A stretch of 62,792 bases of DNA, the filler included, from Asterionella formosa (Eukaryota): the NCBI GenBank assembly GCA_002256025.1. It is 13 parts of 13 records of this genome, joined end to end, with 100 filler letters (N's around TTAATTAATTAA, not from the genome) between each part and the next. Parts side by side here need not be neighbours in the genome. Positions count along the whole stretch, not along the records: positions 1 to 23,051 come from NKIB01002545.1; positions 23,152 to 46,185 come from NKIB01002552.1; 11 more parts are not named here. One strand, written 5' to 3'. The notes under the pieces are model-generated. The model was not told where the DNA came from, made no database searches, and was given only the letters and a program-made list of their open reading frames with translations. Below, one piece after another: positions 12,166-23,183 of the stretch. The translations under genes and the position numbers were made by a program. Every line of letters begins with the position of its first letter. Position 1 is the first letter of the stretch.

Positions 12166-13260
12166 ATGACACCCATTAGGACATCGGTTGTCACCATTTC
12201 ATTCAACGATCTAATCCACTTTGATAAATGCAATTCACACTTGCAAAAGCAGATTGGAGAGGCATTTGGAAGTGGGGCGGATTGCCTAGGAATTCTAGCT
12301 GTGACGGACGTTCCGGGCTTGTCAGAGAAGCGTGAACGACTCCTTCCACTGGCGCAACGACTCGCCACCGCTGACAACCTCGCCGATTATGAAGACCCAG
12401 AATCGTTTTTCCAAGTGGGTTGGTCTCACGGAAGAGAAATATTTGCCGGAAAACCAGACTTGGCGAAGGGAAGTTTCTATGCCAACCCTGTCGTGGATGA
12501 TTTGGCGCAACTTCGCAATGTGACCCCAGAGGTGGCTCGGGAGAACCCAGCCTTTTTTGCACGCAACGTTTGGCCCAAGTCTATGCCAGAGTTGGAGCCT
12601 GCCTTGAAAGATCTGGGTCAGCTGGTTGTGGATGTTGGAAGGCTATTAGCTGTCCCTTGCGATACCTATGTCAAGTCACGCTGTCCTGGATACAACGCCG
12701 ACAAGCTTGCTTCTGTTTTGACCAAGTCCATGTTTCACAAGGGACGGTTGCTCCACTACTTTTCCAGAGGCGGGTCAAAAATTTCGCTTACAGACTCCTC
12801 TAAAATCGACAGTTGGTGTGGCTGGCATAATGACAACTCCTCCCTCACTGGACTCGTGGCTGGCATGTATTTAGATAGTAGCGGACTCCAAGTTCCCTGC
12901 TCGGATGCTGGCCTCTACATTCAATCCCGGAACGGAGATATTTTTCACGTGGAGCTACCTCCAAATTCGCTGGGGTTTCAGATCGGAGAAACAGCTCAAG
13001 TACACACAGGAGGTATACTCCAAGCCACACCACATGCGGTACGGAGCACGAACGTGGCTGGAGTTACTCGGGAGTCCTTTGCGGTATTTATCGAACCTGA
13101 ATACGACGATGACATGGATCTACCAGTGGGCAGGTCAGTGGAGGATGTTCAAGACTGTTCTATCCCTCTGCCCAGCTCAGTACGTCCGCTGAAAGACCGC
13201 TGGTGCCCAGGCCAAACGTTTGGAGAATTCTCGAAAGCAACGTTTGCTGCATTTCACTAA
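12166..13260 (+). CDS. 2-oxoglutarate/Fe(II)-dependent oxygenase (isopenicillin N synthase-like fold)
   Basis: 364 aa intact ORF; VGWSHGRE, RLLHYF, WCGWHND (HxD), FQIGE, ATPHAVR (distal His), RESFAVF (RxS). Confidence 0.9.
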   Translation: MTPIRTSVVTISFNDLIHFDKCNSHLQKQIGEAFGSGADCLGILAVTDVPGLSEKRERLLPLAQRLATADNLADYEDPESFFQVGWSHGREIFAGKPDLAKGSFYANPVVDDLAQLRNVTPEVARENPAFFARNVWPKSMPELEPALKDLGQLVVDVGRLLAVPCDTYVKSRCPGYNADKLASVLTKSMFHKGRLLHYFSRGGSKISLTDSSKIDSWCGWHNDNSSLTGLVAGMYLDSSGLQVPCSDAGLYIQSRNGDIFHVELPPNSLGFQIGETAQVHTGGILQATPHAVRSTNVAGVTRESFAVFIEPEYDDDMDLPVGRSVEDVQDCSIPLPSSVRPLKDRWCPGQTFGEFSKATFAAFH

Positions 13261-13291
13261 GCCTTAAAAAGATTTTGGTCTTTAAATTTAT

Positions 13292-13966
13292 CTAGAAAAA
13301 CAAGAAACCCCGAACTCCATACGGGATTCCCAATAGAGAATAGCCAAGATATGTCATTCCCACACTGCCCAAACCAATAGTTCCAGCTAAGGCAGCCACT
13401 CGAGGACCAGCTGGCATATAGAACGTTGCTCCTGTCATGAATGCTGCAAATGCAGGTGCAGCAGGTTGGATCGGCCCAGTATATGCCTCGAGCTCGAACT
13501 GAAAAAGTAACGTTGGTTAGTTTCATACAATCAATTGCAAGAAATTCTCCATTTTCATCATTGAGTTGATGTACTTGTCTGTACTTACATGATCCGCGGC
13601 ACCCTCATAAAGACTGTAGAGAATACTGACAGCCCCCAATGAATTTCCCAGCCTGGATCCATACCGGCCCGAGTTATTCAAGATGGAATTGAGTTTCACT
13701 CGGAATCTCGAACTAGGTGATTTTAAAATGCCCTCTCGTATTCCGTAGGCGCCTCCAGCTCCGATACCGAGACAATACGCCATGCCAGCATTGGCAAACA
13801 TGGTAACGACAACTCCCCGACCTTTCTGATCGTAATCAAGGTAATCTGGCTTTTGGCTCATGGGCATCCCCAGCACGGGTGCCACCGTTGACAAGTGAAT
13901 GCCAGGCGCAGACAAATCCGGCATGGGCGCTCCCGCATCTCCTTCGAATTCACGTTTATTGTTCAT
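13292..13966 (-). CDS. TIM23: Mitochondrial inner membrane translocase Tim23 (Tim17/22/23 family); exons 13966-13589 and 13498-13292
   Basis: GMAYCLGIGAGGAYG, KLNSILNNSGRYGSRLGNSLG; GTAAGT...TTTTTCAG intron gives in-frame exon 2 (AFAAFMTGATFYMPAGPRVAALAG...). Confidence 0.88.
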
Positions 13967-14282
13967 GTGTGTATGCTGATTTGAGAAAGGCGTCACGTGC
14001 TTGCTTGCAGTTGTAGGAGCAGTTATTTACTGAGGTGGTGCAAGTCGTTGCTCAAGGAGGGACGATGAATGGGGCTCAGGCAAAGGCAAGGTCGAAATAA
14101 TTGTGGTGCACTTCATTATATTTTGCTGGTGAACATACCTCTGCAAAAGCGCATCATTTTTGCTAATATTCATGTTTGTATATATATTTTATTTACGACT
14201 CTCATTATCCTCTCTTCCTCCTGCTCGTTTAGTCGTCAACGAATGTACGTACAGTATGATAAAAGAAAAGAAATTGATGGTC

Positions 14283-14540
14283 GTACCTGGTACCAGGTAC
14301 CTGGTACCTGGTACGTGGTGGTGCTCCCTGGAATCTGGCACCTGGCACCTGGTACCAGGTACCGTATGGATGGAGCACAAGGATGGTGGATGGCATTTAG
14401 AGGTACCAGGTACCAGGTACCTGGTACCAGCAGGGTTCTTTGGTACCAGGTACCTGGTACCTGGTACCTGGTATGGTACCATAGGACACAAGTTTCCTGG
14501 TTCCAGTACCTGGTACCGGTACTAGGGTACCAGGTACCAC
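14283..14540. repeat. (GGTACCW)n 7-bp palindromic-unit repeat, largest array in window
   Basis: Runs such as GTACCTGGTACCAGGTACCTGGTACCTGGTAC; smaller arrays at ~14835-14975, 18672-18700, 26956-26980, 42335-42775, 47500-47520, 54090-54150, 60575-60680, 61055-61165. Confidence 0.95.
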
Positions 14541-15102
14541 CCTGGGGGTATGCATATGATTCAAGGATGGTGTACACGTGCTTTATGGACAGCCACCAAC
14601 GTCCTCTCAATGATGCGAACCACAAAATGACGAGCGGTTGATCGACAGACAGTAATGCATATGTGTGATGCAAAATACTGCTACCGGTATTCTACAAACT
14701 GAATATCATAATGCAGAGGTGAAAAATAGACTACAGTACCACTTTTATTCTATATATATATATGTAGTATATTTTTTAATTTTACTCTCTCCTCCATCGG
14801 TGCGTCGTATTTACCGTACCAGCTGACCACCTGAGGTGCCAGGAACCAGGTACCTGGTACCTGGTGCCAGGTAAAAAGTCCCATCGATCAGCATCGTCAT
14901 TCTCACGAGGCAAGAACAAAGATACCTCATAGTATCGTGACAGCATACCGGTACCAAGGTACCAGGTACCAGGAACCTAAGTTCCAGAGCATGGTTGCTT
15001 ACGACATTTTTGAATCCCAGAATTGGTTTCACAAATCGACGTGTCCAGATCATTTCGTTCACTCTGCTAAGAGCAGTCAGTGGCACCGCAAGCACACATG
15101 CA

Positions 15103-16134
15103 ATGATCCAACGTCGCCTGCTATCGCAACGACTGACAAGTCTCGGGCATCGTCGGAGACAACGAGTGAGCTTCCCTTGCTCTTTCTTGTCTTCCAGCCT
15201 AAATCCAAAGAACCATGACAAGCAACTGGATCCGCCCATGGTCACCTGGGTAGATCGCTACCTCCCCGCGAGACTGCGACCCTATGCTCATTTAGCACGG
15301 GTAGATAAACCTATTGGTACTTGGCTGCTGTTATGGCCATGTTGTTGGTCTACTGCACTCGCCACACACACCGGGGCGCTTCCCGATCCATGGCTGCTCT
15401 CGCTCTTCGGGGTGGGAGCGTTTTGCATGCGGGGAGCTGGTTGCACAATCAATGATCTCTGGGATGCTGATTTGGACAAAAAAGTTGCTCGAACAGCCAC
15501 GAGACCCTTGGCTACTGGGGCATTGACTCAAACTCAGGCCATTGCATTTCTTGGGATCCAGCTCTCTACTGGACTCGGCGTCTTGCTGACCTTGCCTCAT
15601 TCGGCATTTTGCTTTCAAATAGGGATAGCATCCCTTCCGCTGGTTGTCCTCTATCCTCTAATGAAACGGTATACTCGATTTCCACAATTCGTACTCGGAC
15701 TGACATTCAATTGGGGGGCCCTCATGGGCTGGGCCGCGGTTCACGGATCACTGGATATAGGAGCTGTCCTGCCACTTTACGCCTCTGGTGTCGCGTGGAC
15801 GATGGTCTATGATACACTCTACGCCCATCAAGACAAGTTAGACGATGCCAAAATAGGCATTCACTCCACAGCCCTCACCTTTGGAAAACTAACCAAACCC
15901 ATTTTGCAGGGGTTTGCTGCTGCTGCGTATACTGGCTGGATAATTGCTGGGTACCACGTTGGATACGAGTCGCCACTCTGCTACTTGGGCCTGACAGGTG
16001 CATACTCTCATTTGGCATGGCAAATCCAGTCGGCTGACTTGGATGATCCACAAAGTGTGGGCGATCGATTTCGGAGCAATCATACAGTTGGTGCAATCGT
16101 CTTTGTGTCTTTGGTGGCTGGAAATGTCCTGTAA
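15103..16134 (+). CDS. COQ2: 4-hydroxybenzoate polyprenyltransferase (UbiA family), mitochondrial
   Basis: RVDKPIGTWLL, INDLWDADLDKKVARTATRPLATG, YPLMKR, YDTLYAHQDKLDD; Arg/Ser-rich presequence from the first in-frame ATG (15103). Confidence 0.95.
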   Translation: MIQRRLLSQRLTSLGHRRRQRVSFPCSFLSSSLNPKNHDKQLDPPMVTWVDRYLPARLRPYAHLARVDKPIGTWLLLWPCCWSTALATHTGALPDPWLLSLFGVGAFCMRGAGCTINDLWDADLDKKVARTATRPLATGALTQTQAIAFLGIQLSTGLGVLLTLPHSAFCFQIGIASLPLVVLYPLMKRYTRFPQFVLGLTFNWGALMGWAAVHGSLDIGAVLPLYASGVAWTMVYDTLYAHQDKLDDAKIGIHSTALTFGKLTKPILQGFAAAAYTGWIIAGYHVGYESPLCYLGLTGAYSHLAWQIQSADLDDPQSVGDRFRSNHTVGAIVFVSLVAGNVL

Positions 16135-16565
16135 TAACGACGACGACGACGATGATACCTCAGAAGTGATACATACCGGTTCCCTTCCGAAAAATCCCTG
16201 ACGATTGGGAACTGGGGTTCCAGGTTTACTACAGGCAGGCGTACATTAGTCACACAACACCTTGTATTGGATGTAGAATCCTAGAGTGTTCCTGACAATT
16301 TATAGGTTTTGTTCGGACTCTGAAACAATTCGTCAATGAGGGGTTCTGCCCCTATACCGCAGAGCTGCCAATGTTTCAAGATGATTGGAAGCATCCGTGT
16401 CGAAATGGACAGTTCATCACGGGCGAAATTACAAAAGCTTTTTGTACTTCCCTTTTCAAATCTAGTGCGTATACATAAGCTAATACTCTAATGACTGGTA
16501 AGGATGCAGTTGTCTGCTCTGGGAATACTACTGTTGCGATTTGTAGTACCTGGTGTATTGTACCT

Positions 16566-17411
16566 TTACTGGACATTTTGACCATATTTGACCCGCACTA
16601 CTCCTTTCTTACTTTTGATGCCAGACACGTTCCACTTTCGTTCCTTGAGGTCTGAGGTACTTCGTACATGCGTTCCACCACATGGGCAGGACCAACCAGC
16701 GACTGTCACAATTCGGATTTCATCTTGTTCCGAAAACTCGCTCAAATCAACAGAGTCTCTGTTACAAATGTATTCTGCATCCCTCCGTGACATGGATTGT
16801 ATCTTGGTGGCTATATCTTCTTCCACAAGTTCGAGAAATGCCTTTTGCAAGTCCTTGACAAGCCCATCTCGCTCCTCCAGTGGAATGTTGCCTCGATACT
16901 CAACGTATGGTCCATCTAGAAAGTGATACGCCTTGATGGCCGGTAAAATCTTATTGCACCGTGCCATGGCGGAATCCACAACATGTCCAGCTGTATGACA
17001 CTCTGACAAGATCGTTCGCGTGGTGGAGTTTACTGCTACATGTACGCCTTGTCCAACTTCCACAAGGATGTTGTTCCCTGATGTGACTACTCCTGAATGA
17101 GTAACAATGCCAGACTCTCGATCTATGGTGACTTTCGTGACATTCATAGCTGATCCTTCGGTTGAAATTATCCCCACATCACTCGGTTGTCCGCCACCCT
17201 GTGGGTGCATGGTGGTTCTGTCGAGAACAAGGTCCACGAGCACAACGTTGTCGGTGTGGTTGTCATTCATATCAGTTGTTCGTCTTACAACATCAACAAC
17301 GATGCTGTCACATTCTAACAGAAAGTTTCCCTCGTATGACATGTGAATCATGTCAGTTGGTGCGATAGGAGAGGTGGTCCTCTCTTCCTTGTCCTTCTGT
17401 TGCGGTGTCAT
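16566..17411 (-). CDS. alaX: Free-standing alanyl-tRNA editing protein (AlaX family)
   Basis: LDRTTMHPQGGGQPSDVG; zinc ligands HTAGH and CGGTH; no aminoacylation domain. Confidence 0.92.
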   Translation of the reverse strand: MTPQQKDKEERTTSPIAPTDMIHMSYEGNFLLECDSIVVDVVRRTTDMNDNHTDNVVLVDLVLDRTTMHPQGGGQPSDVGIISTEGSAMNVTKVTIDRESGIVTHSGVVTSGNNILVEVGQGVHVAVNSTTRTILSECHTAGHVVDSAMARCNKILPAIKAYHFLDGPYVEYRGNIPLEERDGLVKDLQKAFLELVEEDIATKIQSMSRRDAEYICNRDSVDLSEFSEQDEIRIVTVAGWSCPCGGTHVRSTSDLKERKWNVSGIKSKKGVVRVKYGQNVQ

Positions 17412-18789
17412 TTTGCTGGCGATGATTTCGTTTTAATGCAACTACATAGCGGTACATGTAGGATGATGATATCGGTCAACTTTTTATTCTTATTGTTCGC
17501 TTTTACCATGGGTAAACTACTAACAAAAAGAAATGGAAACGAACAAGCAGAATGATGCTATTAATATGTATGTTCTATGATACCGGTATCATGGAATAAT
17601 TCATTAACAAAAAAATGTATTAATTATATTCATGTATGGATGTAAGTTGGGAGATGTTACGAAGCTGTAGCTCTCACGCAGTAAAAATTGCTAGAAAAAT
17701 GTTTCTACACAATTTGTTTGTTTTACTTTGTGTGCTAATAGTTGTTTTTATAAAAGAGTGAGCTTAATGTAAATGTAAATTTGAATGTATAATTTTGAAA
17801 CTTCCAAGCTCATGCATGTTTCAAAATAGAGGTGATCTTTGGAGGCAAGGTTCATTTGTGTTCCCAACTTGAACTGAGAATAAACTACATCCTCTTCCTA
17901 AATACACATTTGTCTTAAATCTTGGCCTGTCTCAACTTAGGCCAGATACTGTTTGATCGAAGACTGCTTACAGAATGATCCTGTTAATCATAACTAGATC
18001 ATATCTAGTTTGCTTCTTTAATGTTCCTTGATTTTGCGGACATATCTGTAATTGTCTTGTCAATCATTTATTGATTTGGCCTCTAGGTCTGATTGTCTTC
18101 TAGAGTCCAATTAATAGGTTAGAGAGAACTTCTCCTGAAAGTTCCTCTCTCAACTGTGGCAATTTACACGCGATATTTAACCATGTGTCCTTGACTCAAT
18201 CATTTAGTGGATTGTGGTACATGTTCCTAATCAGGTGACTAGTGACGAAAATGTATTGACACTCTCATAACCTGATTTGGAATCAGGAATCTCTAAATGT
18301 TTTTACTATGTACGACATTTTATTTTACAATTATATTTTTTATTCTCCTTAGTATCAAAAACATTACCGGTAGTGTCTAATTATTATATTCTTATCTGTA
18401 CGTCTACCGGTATTCTAAATGCCTGGATACTGCTTGCTGATGCCGATGATGTTGACGGTCCGGTAAAACACGTGTTTTTCTTAGGAAGAGATAAGCTAAA
18501 TATCTCGGTTATCGGACCTTCCGCTGGTACCGGTACTCCTTCCTACCTGGAGTACCGGTACCTGGCGGAGGCAATGTGTGCGTAACTATTGCATTCTTTT
18601 CGTATGTATCTGCACATACGGGATTTTGAACAAGGTTGGAGTACTAGGTCTATTTACCTAAATATCAACATGGTACCAGGTACCAGGTACCTGGTACCAG
18701 GGTATCCATTGGCGGAGGATACATGTCAACCCTCATGTGATATTAACGATCGAGAAGCCGCAAAGCGGTCAAATACATCAACCTTGACC

Positions 18790-20448
18790 ATGAAGCCCAT
18801 CAACGCCCTTTGTACGTTTGCACTCCTGTGGTTGGCAGGAGTGGAAGGCTTTGTCCCTAATAAGCATGCAGCTACTTCTACTACCAGCAGTTCAAGCACA
18901 GCTTCCGAATCAAACAAGGTGAGACCATGCGTGTCATTTCCGAAAGGGATGAATGTGATGGAAGCGTAGATTGATATCAGAAACAATTATTATTGGATTA
19001 TTCAATAAGATAATACGAACGGGCCCCGTCACTGCTCGCAAGAGTGATGCAGCAACAATGCGCATTTCAAAATTAAGCCCAACTTACTTACATAAGCTCT
19101 CATTTATATACAGCTACGACAACTTGTCTCGCCTCTCCAGGCCATGAAGGTTGGCATCTTCGGAGGAGGCACGGTCGGCGGGGGAGTCGTCGAAATCCTT
19201 GAAAAGAAGAAAGCATACCTAAAGAGTCTGTCCGACACGGATATTACCATTTCCAAGATCTGTGTCAGAGACGCCTCTAAAGCAAGAGATTTTGCACTTC
19301 CCGACGGATGTGACATTGTCACTGACTACGATGCCATCCTCAATGACGACACCATTGATACTGTCGTGGAAGTTATGGGAGGTACCAAGCAAGCCAGAGA
19401 TGTGGTATATAAGTCACTCAAGGCTGGAAAGCATGTTGTCACTGCCAACAAGGCATTGATTGCCAAGTACTTACCGGAAATTGAAGAAATTCTTACCACC
19501 GTCAATGCCAACCGACCTGAAAATCCTGTGGAATTTAGATACGAAGCGGCAGTCTGTGGTGGTATTCCCATTATCCGAAGTCTTCAGTCGGACTTTGTTG
19601 GGGATGACATTACCATGATTTCTGGAATCATCAATGGTTGCACCAACTACATGCTAACCAGCATGGACCGCGATGGAAAAACTTATGATGAAGCCCTGGA
19701 AAAGGCAGCGGAGCTAGGATATGCTGAAGAGGACCCCACCTTGGATGTTGGTGGCTTTGATGCAAGAAGCAAGTTGCGCATCTTGATGCGTTTGGCATTT
19801 GGTTTGGAAGTCAATGAAGATAATATCTCATGCCGAGGTATTACTGATTTGACCAAATTGGACTTTGAGTATGCCAAAATGATGGGGGGCACCATCAAAC
19901 TATTGGGTGTGTCCAAGAAAGTGGACGAAGGAAGAGTCGCCGCCTTTGTCAGTCCATGTTATGTCACCGATGATGATTCACTGTCGTCGGTCAATGGTGC
20001 TACCAACGCTGTCGAAATCATCAGCAAAAACTTGCAGTCCACCACATACATTGGTCAAGGAGCTGGCCGTTTCCCAACTGCTAACTCTTGCGTCAATGAC
20101 ATTATTGCCCTAGCCAAGGGTGATCACCTATCACTTCCCTTTAATCCACCTTCGCCCAAAAAGATTTTTGTCAATAATTACGATTCGGTCTTTTATATTC
20201 GTCTGCGTTACCGAGATGCTCTCGGCATAACTCGTCAGTGTGGAGAAATTTGTGAGAAACATGGAGTGTCAATTCACTCAATTTTGCAGAACCCAATCAC
20301 TCGCCGAGATGATGCAGCCTTTGTCATTATTACCGAAAAGGTTGCCTTGACCAGTGTAATGAAAATGGCGGCTGATTTGGAAGGTTTGGATTGGTGCAAT
20401 GGCCCAGCCTTTTACATGCCTGTCCTTCGTGAAGATTGGGTGAGATAG
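18790..20448 (+). CDS. Homoserine dehydrogenase with C-terminal ACT domain, plastid-targeted; exons 18790-18918 and 19114-20448
   Basis: Signal peptide ...AGVEG-FVP; GIFGGGTVGGG, VVTANKA, YEAAVCGGIP, GIINGCTNY, GYAEEDPTLDVGGFD, GQGAG, ACT-like tail; phase-0 GT-AG intron keeps the frame. Confidence 0.93.
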
Positions 20449-21418
20449 GTGAAGAGCGAAATGGAGGGCGAGTTGACGGGCTCAAGTATTTGAGATGGAT
20501 GACGGTTAGTGCAACATTTCGTGACCAATTAATGGCTTATAGTGCTAAATACTTCTGCTACAAGGAGTCTGCTACATTCTCTGAATAAAGTAGTAAGCAA
20601 CCCCTTCAAATTTGCAGTGAACAATGACAGGGACAGATTAGCTGCATTATGTCTAGGTGAAACTCCTGTCAAATTGGTTTAGATATATTCCCTGTTAACA
20701 TCTCGAATCCTCCGAATGCGAATGAGCAAATTGAAATCCAGCACCGTCGGAGGGATGCTTGCTGGTGAATTATCTATACCCATAGTACAAAGCAACCTGC
20801 AAACACCAACTTCACGTTCGTTACAAGCGTTCACAGATCATGGTACTGACACCCCATAAATCATAACTCAACGAGAAAAATTCACACATAGTCAATGTTG
20901 TATTGCTCACGGGGGCCTATTTCCTGGGCATACATCCAGTGTTGCTGCAGTTGGGATAGAGCGAAGACAACGTTATTCGTATCAGAACGCCGTCTATGTG
21001 CAACACGTCCAAACGCAATGCCTCGATAGGTACGTCAATTTGGAATCTACCACCGAGTAGTGCATCAGCAGGCAACAAAGTCGGATACTATCTCGATGAT
21101 TGACGTGACTGCCATCCAGCCGACGTTACTGTAGATCCAGTCGAGCATAAAGGAAAATGAAAACGAAATATATCACTTCTTTCAATGTCGAAATAGTAAC
21201 CAGGAAAAGGAATTCATATTTGAAATTTCTAATGCTTTCTGCTATATGGATTCAGCATGGCTCCATAGGCCACATAATCTCATTCTCGATATTTACGAAT
21301 ATGCAGCCTACAAATCTCGATTTCATTCAACAATTTACGATGCGCGCAGCATTTTGACAACAGCAATAGATCGCGAACAACTATCTATCAAGGGCTCTGG
21401 GTGATATAAAAATCATTT

Positions 21419-22420
21419 TCATTTGCTCGAGGCTGATTGATTGCCCTCGCTCGCAACAGTCTTTTCTTCAATGAGTTTAGCAGCAGCATCTCGGCCAATA
21501 ATTTTAAGTCCCGATTCATCAGTAATCTTTTCGATAACTCCCCTGTCCTCAAGTTCCTTGTTCAAAAGCAAAGCCTGCGAAGCAGCCATGTTATCGGCCT
21601 TTTCATAAAAGCCTTTCAATTTCCCCATAAAGCCCTCGTCTTTAACACTACCACCGGTAGTCACACCATAATCTTCGGCGCTGCTTTTTGATTGTTCTTC
21701 ATCAACAACTATGAGAGGTTCTTTCTCGTTAATAACCTCCGTTAGAGCTGCCAATCTTTTCTTCTGAGAGGCCGACTGTTTCTTCTTGGATGGTGATTCC
21801 GATGGGGATGTCTTAGCTTTCTGTTTCCCTTTTCCTTCTCGTCGACGAACAAGCTCTTCGTAAATATCTTCTGCGTTCCTTCTTCTCGAATCAAGCTCAG
21901 CTTCAGCCATCATCCCCGACGCAGCACCTCCAAACAAGGCCATGGCTCCTCCAAGGCCATTCAAGAAAATGAATTTGAACAAACCATTTGCTTCGACCCA
22001 ACCAAAGCCAAAATCAGCAGGGCTTACCACCTCTCCGACTTCCCTTGCTGCACTTCGGAGTTCTGTCAAAAACCCATTCGTGAAGGCGCAAGTTACCAGC
22101 ACGAAGCCCACGACCCCATAAATAAGCACTCTCTTACTTCGTTCTCGAGCCGACGCAGTGTTACTTTCAGCCTTGTAGATTTCTTCTTTAAGTTCGGGTG
22201 GAATATTCGTTGGATACGGATCTAAGAGCTTTTGTAAAAGGTTCTTTTTCTGTGGCTCAGCAAGCAATCGGAACCCCACCGTATGACGTGCTTGATAACG
22301 GTGAGTGTTGAGGCGGATTTTGGTTTCGACAAAGCTGTTGACACTGCAAGTAGTTGCGAGTAGAATAAGACCAATCAGGATCAGCCTAGTGGAAGCAATG
22401 ATTTTTCGTGCGGACTTCAT
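21419..22420 (-). CDS. Unknown protein, probable plastid-targeted membrane protein (2 hydrophobic segments, charged C-terminus)
   Basis: 333 aa ATG-initiated ORF; signal peptide ending CSVNS-FVE followed by a basic transit-like region. Confidence 0.8.
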   Translation of the reverse strand: MKSARKIIASTRLILIGLILLATTCSVNSFVETKIRLNTHRYQARHTVGFRLLAEPQKKNLLQKLLDPYPTNIPPELKEEIYKAESNTASARERSKRVLIYGVVGFVLVTCAFTNGFLTELRSAAREVGEVVSPADFGFGWVEANGLFKFIFLNGLGGAMALFGGAASGMMAEAELDSRRRNAEDIYEELVRRREGKGKQKAKTSPSESPSKKKQSASQKKRLAALTEVINEKEPLIVVDEEQSKSSAEDYGVTTGGSVKDEGFMGKLKGFYEKADNMAASQALLLNKELEDRGVIEKITDESGLKIIGRDAAAKLIEEKTVASEGNQSASSK

Positions 22421-22818
22421 TTAGAAATGCTTTTTAACGCGTGGCTGAGCGATGGAGCTTTAGTATTGTTATTGATGTACCGGATTTAGGTAGTCTACCA
22501 GTAAAAGTAAACAACGATGATTGCTTAACTTTTGTCAATTCCAATAGAGGTGGACCCTGATTCGCAAAAGTTATGAATGTGTTGATCATGAGAACTGAAA
22601 TGATTTACCGTATGCATTCAAAACTATGTGCCTGGTACATCTTGCAGGTACATCATCCACCTTTTGCTATTATAGTATTACCTGGTACCGCAATTCCCAC
22701 CCTAGCTATCATCTTGCTTTTCGATGAGAACTGTGGGTGTCTAAGTAATTTTTTGTATCTCTAAGGGTCGTTCTTATCATTCCGAATTTGCTGTATCATT
22801 TCCGGGTTGCGGGCAAAA

Positions 22819-22972
22819 AGTGACGGTTGGTATCAAAACACGGTATCAGCAACGGTAACTTGATGGTATCAATTTTGTATCATTGATACAAAATTGATAC
22901 CTTTTTTTGCCCCCTCCAAAAACGGTATCAGTGATACTGACGTTTTCACGCGGGTATCATTTCCGTTGTCAC
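22819..22972. repeat. GGTATCA-rich element with a central perfect 18-bp-arm palindrome (22865-22901)
   Basis: GGTATCAATTTTGTATCA-T-TGATACAAAATTGATACC; ends AGTGAC...GTCACT. Confidence 0.65.
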
Positions 22973-23051
22973 TAATAAAATAACCGAAAATAAGCCTGCA
23001 AGGCAAGGCACCAGTGATAATATAAATGGCATATACTATTCCTTCAATTTT

Positions 23052-23151
23052 NNNNNNNNNNNNNNNNNNNNNNNNNNNNNNNNNNNNNNNNNNNNTTAAT
23101 TAATTAANNNNNNNNNNNNNNNNNNNNNNNNNNNNNNNNNNNNNNNNNNNN
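23052..23151. other. Artificial contig linker N44-TTAATTAATTAA-N44; also at 46186, 47696, 49205, 50714, 52226, 53735, 55243, 56751, 58259, 59767 and 61285 (each 100 nt)
   Basis: Identical six-frame-stop 12-mer between fixed-length N runs, 12 occurrences. Confidence 0.98.
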
Positions 23152-23183
23152 AGTGTCGTTCATTTTTTATCCGTGTTTTGACA

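Noticed and set aside
14069..14673. Overlapping ORFs rich in YQVPGT/RYLVPG peptides (also at 42254-42931 and 60560-61259)
   Set aside because: Translations of the stop-poor GGTACCW repeat, not genes
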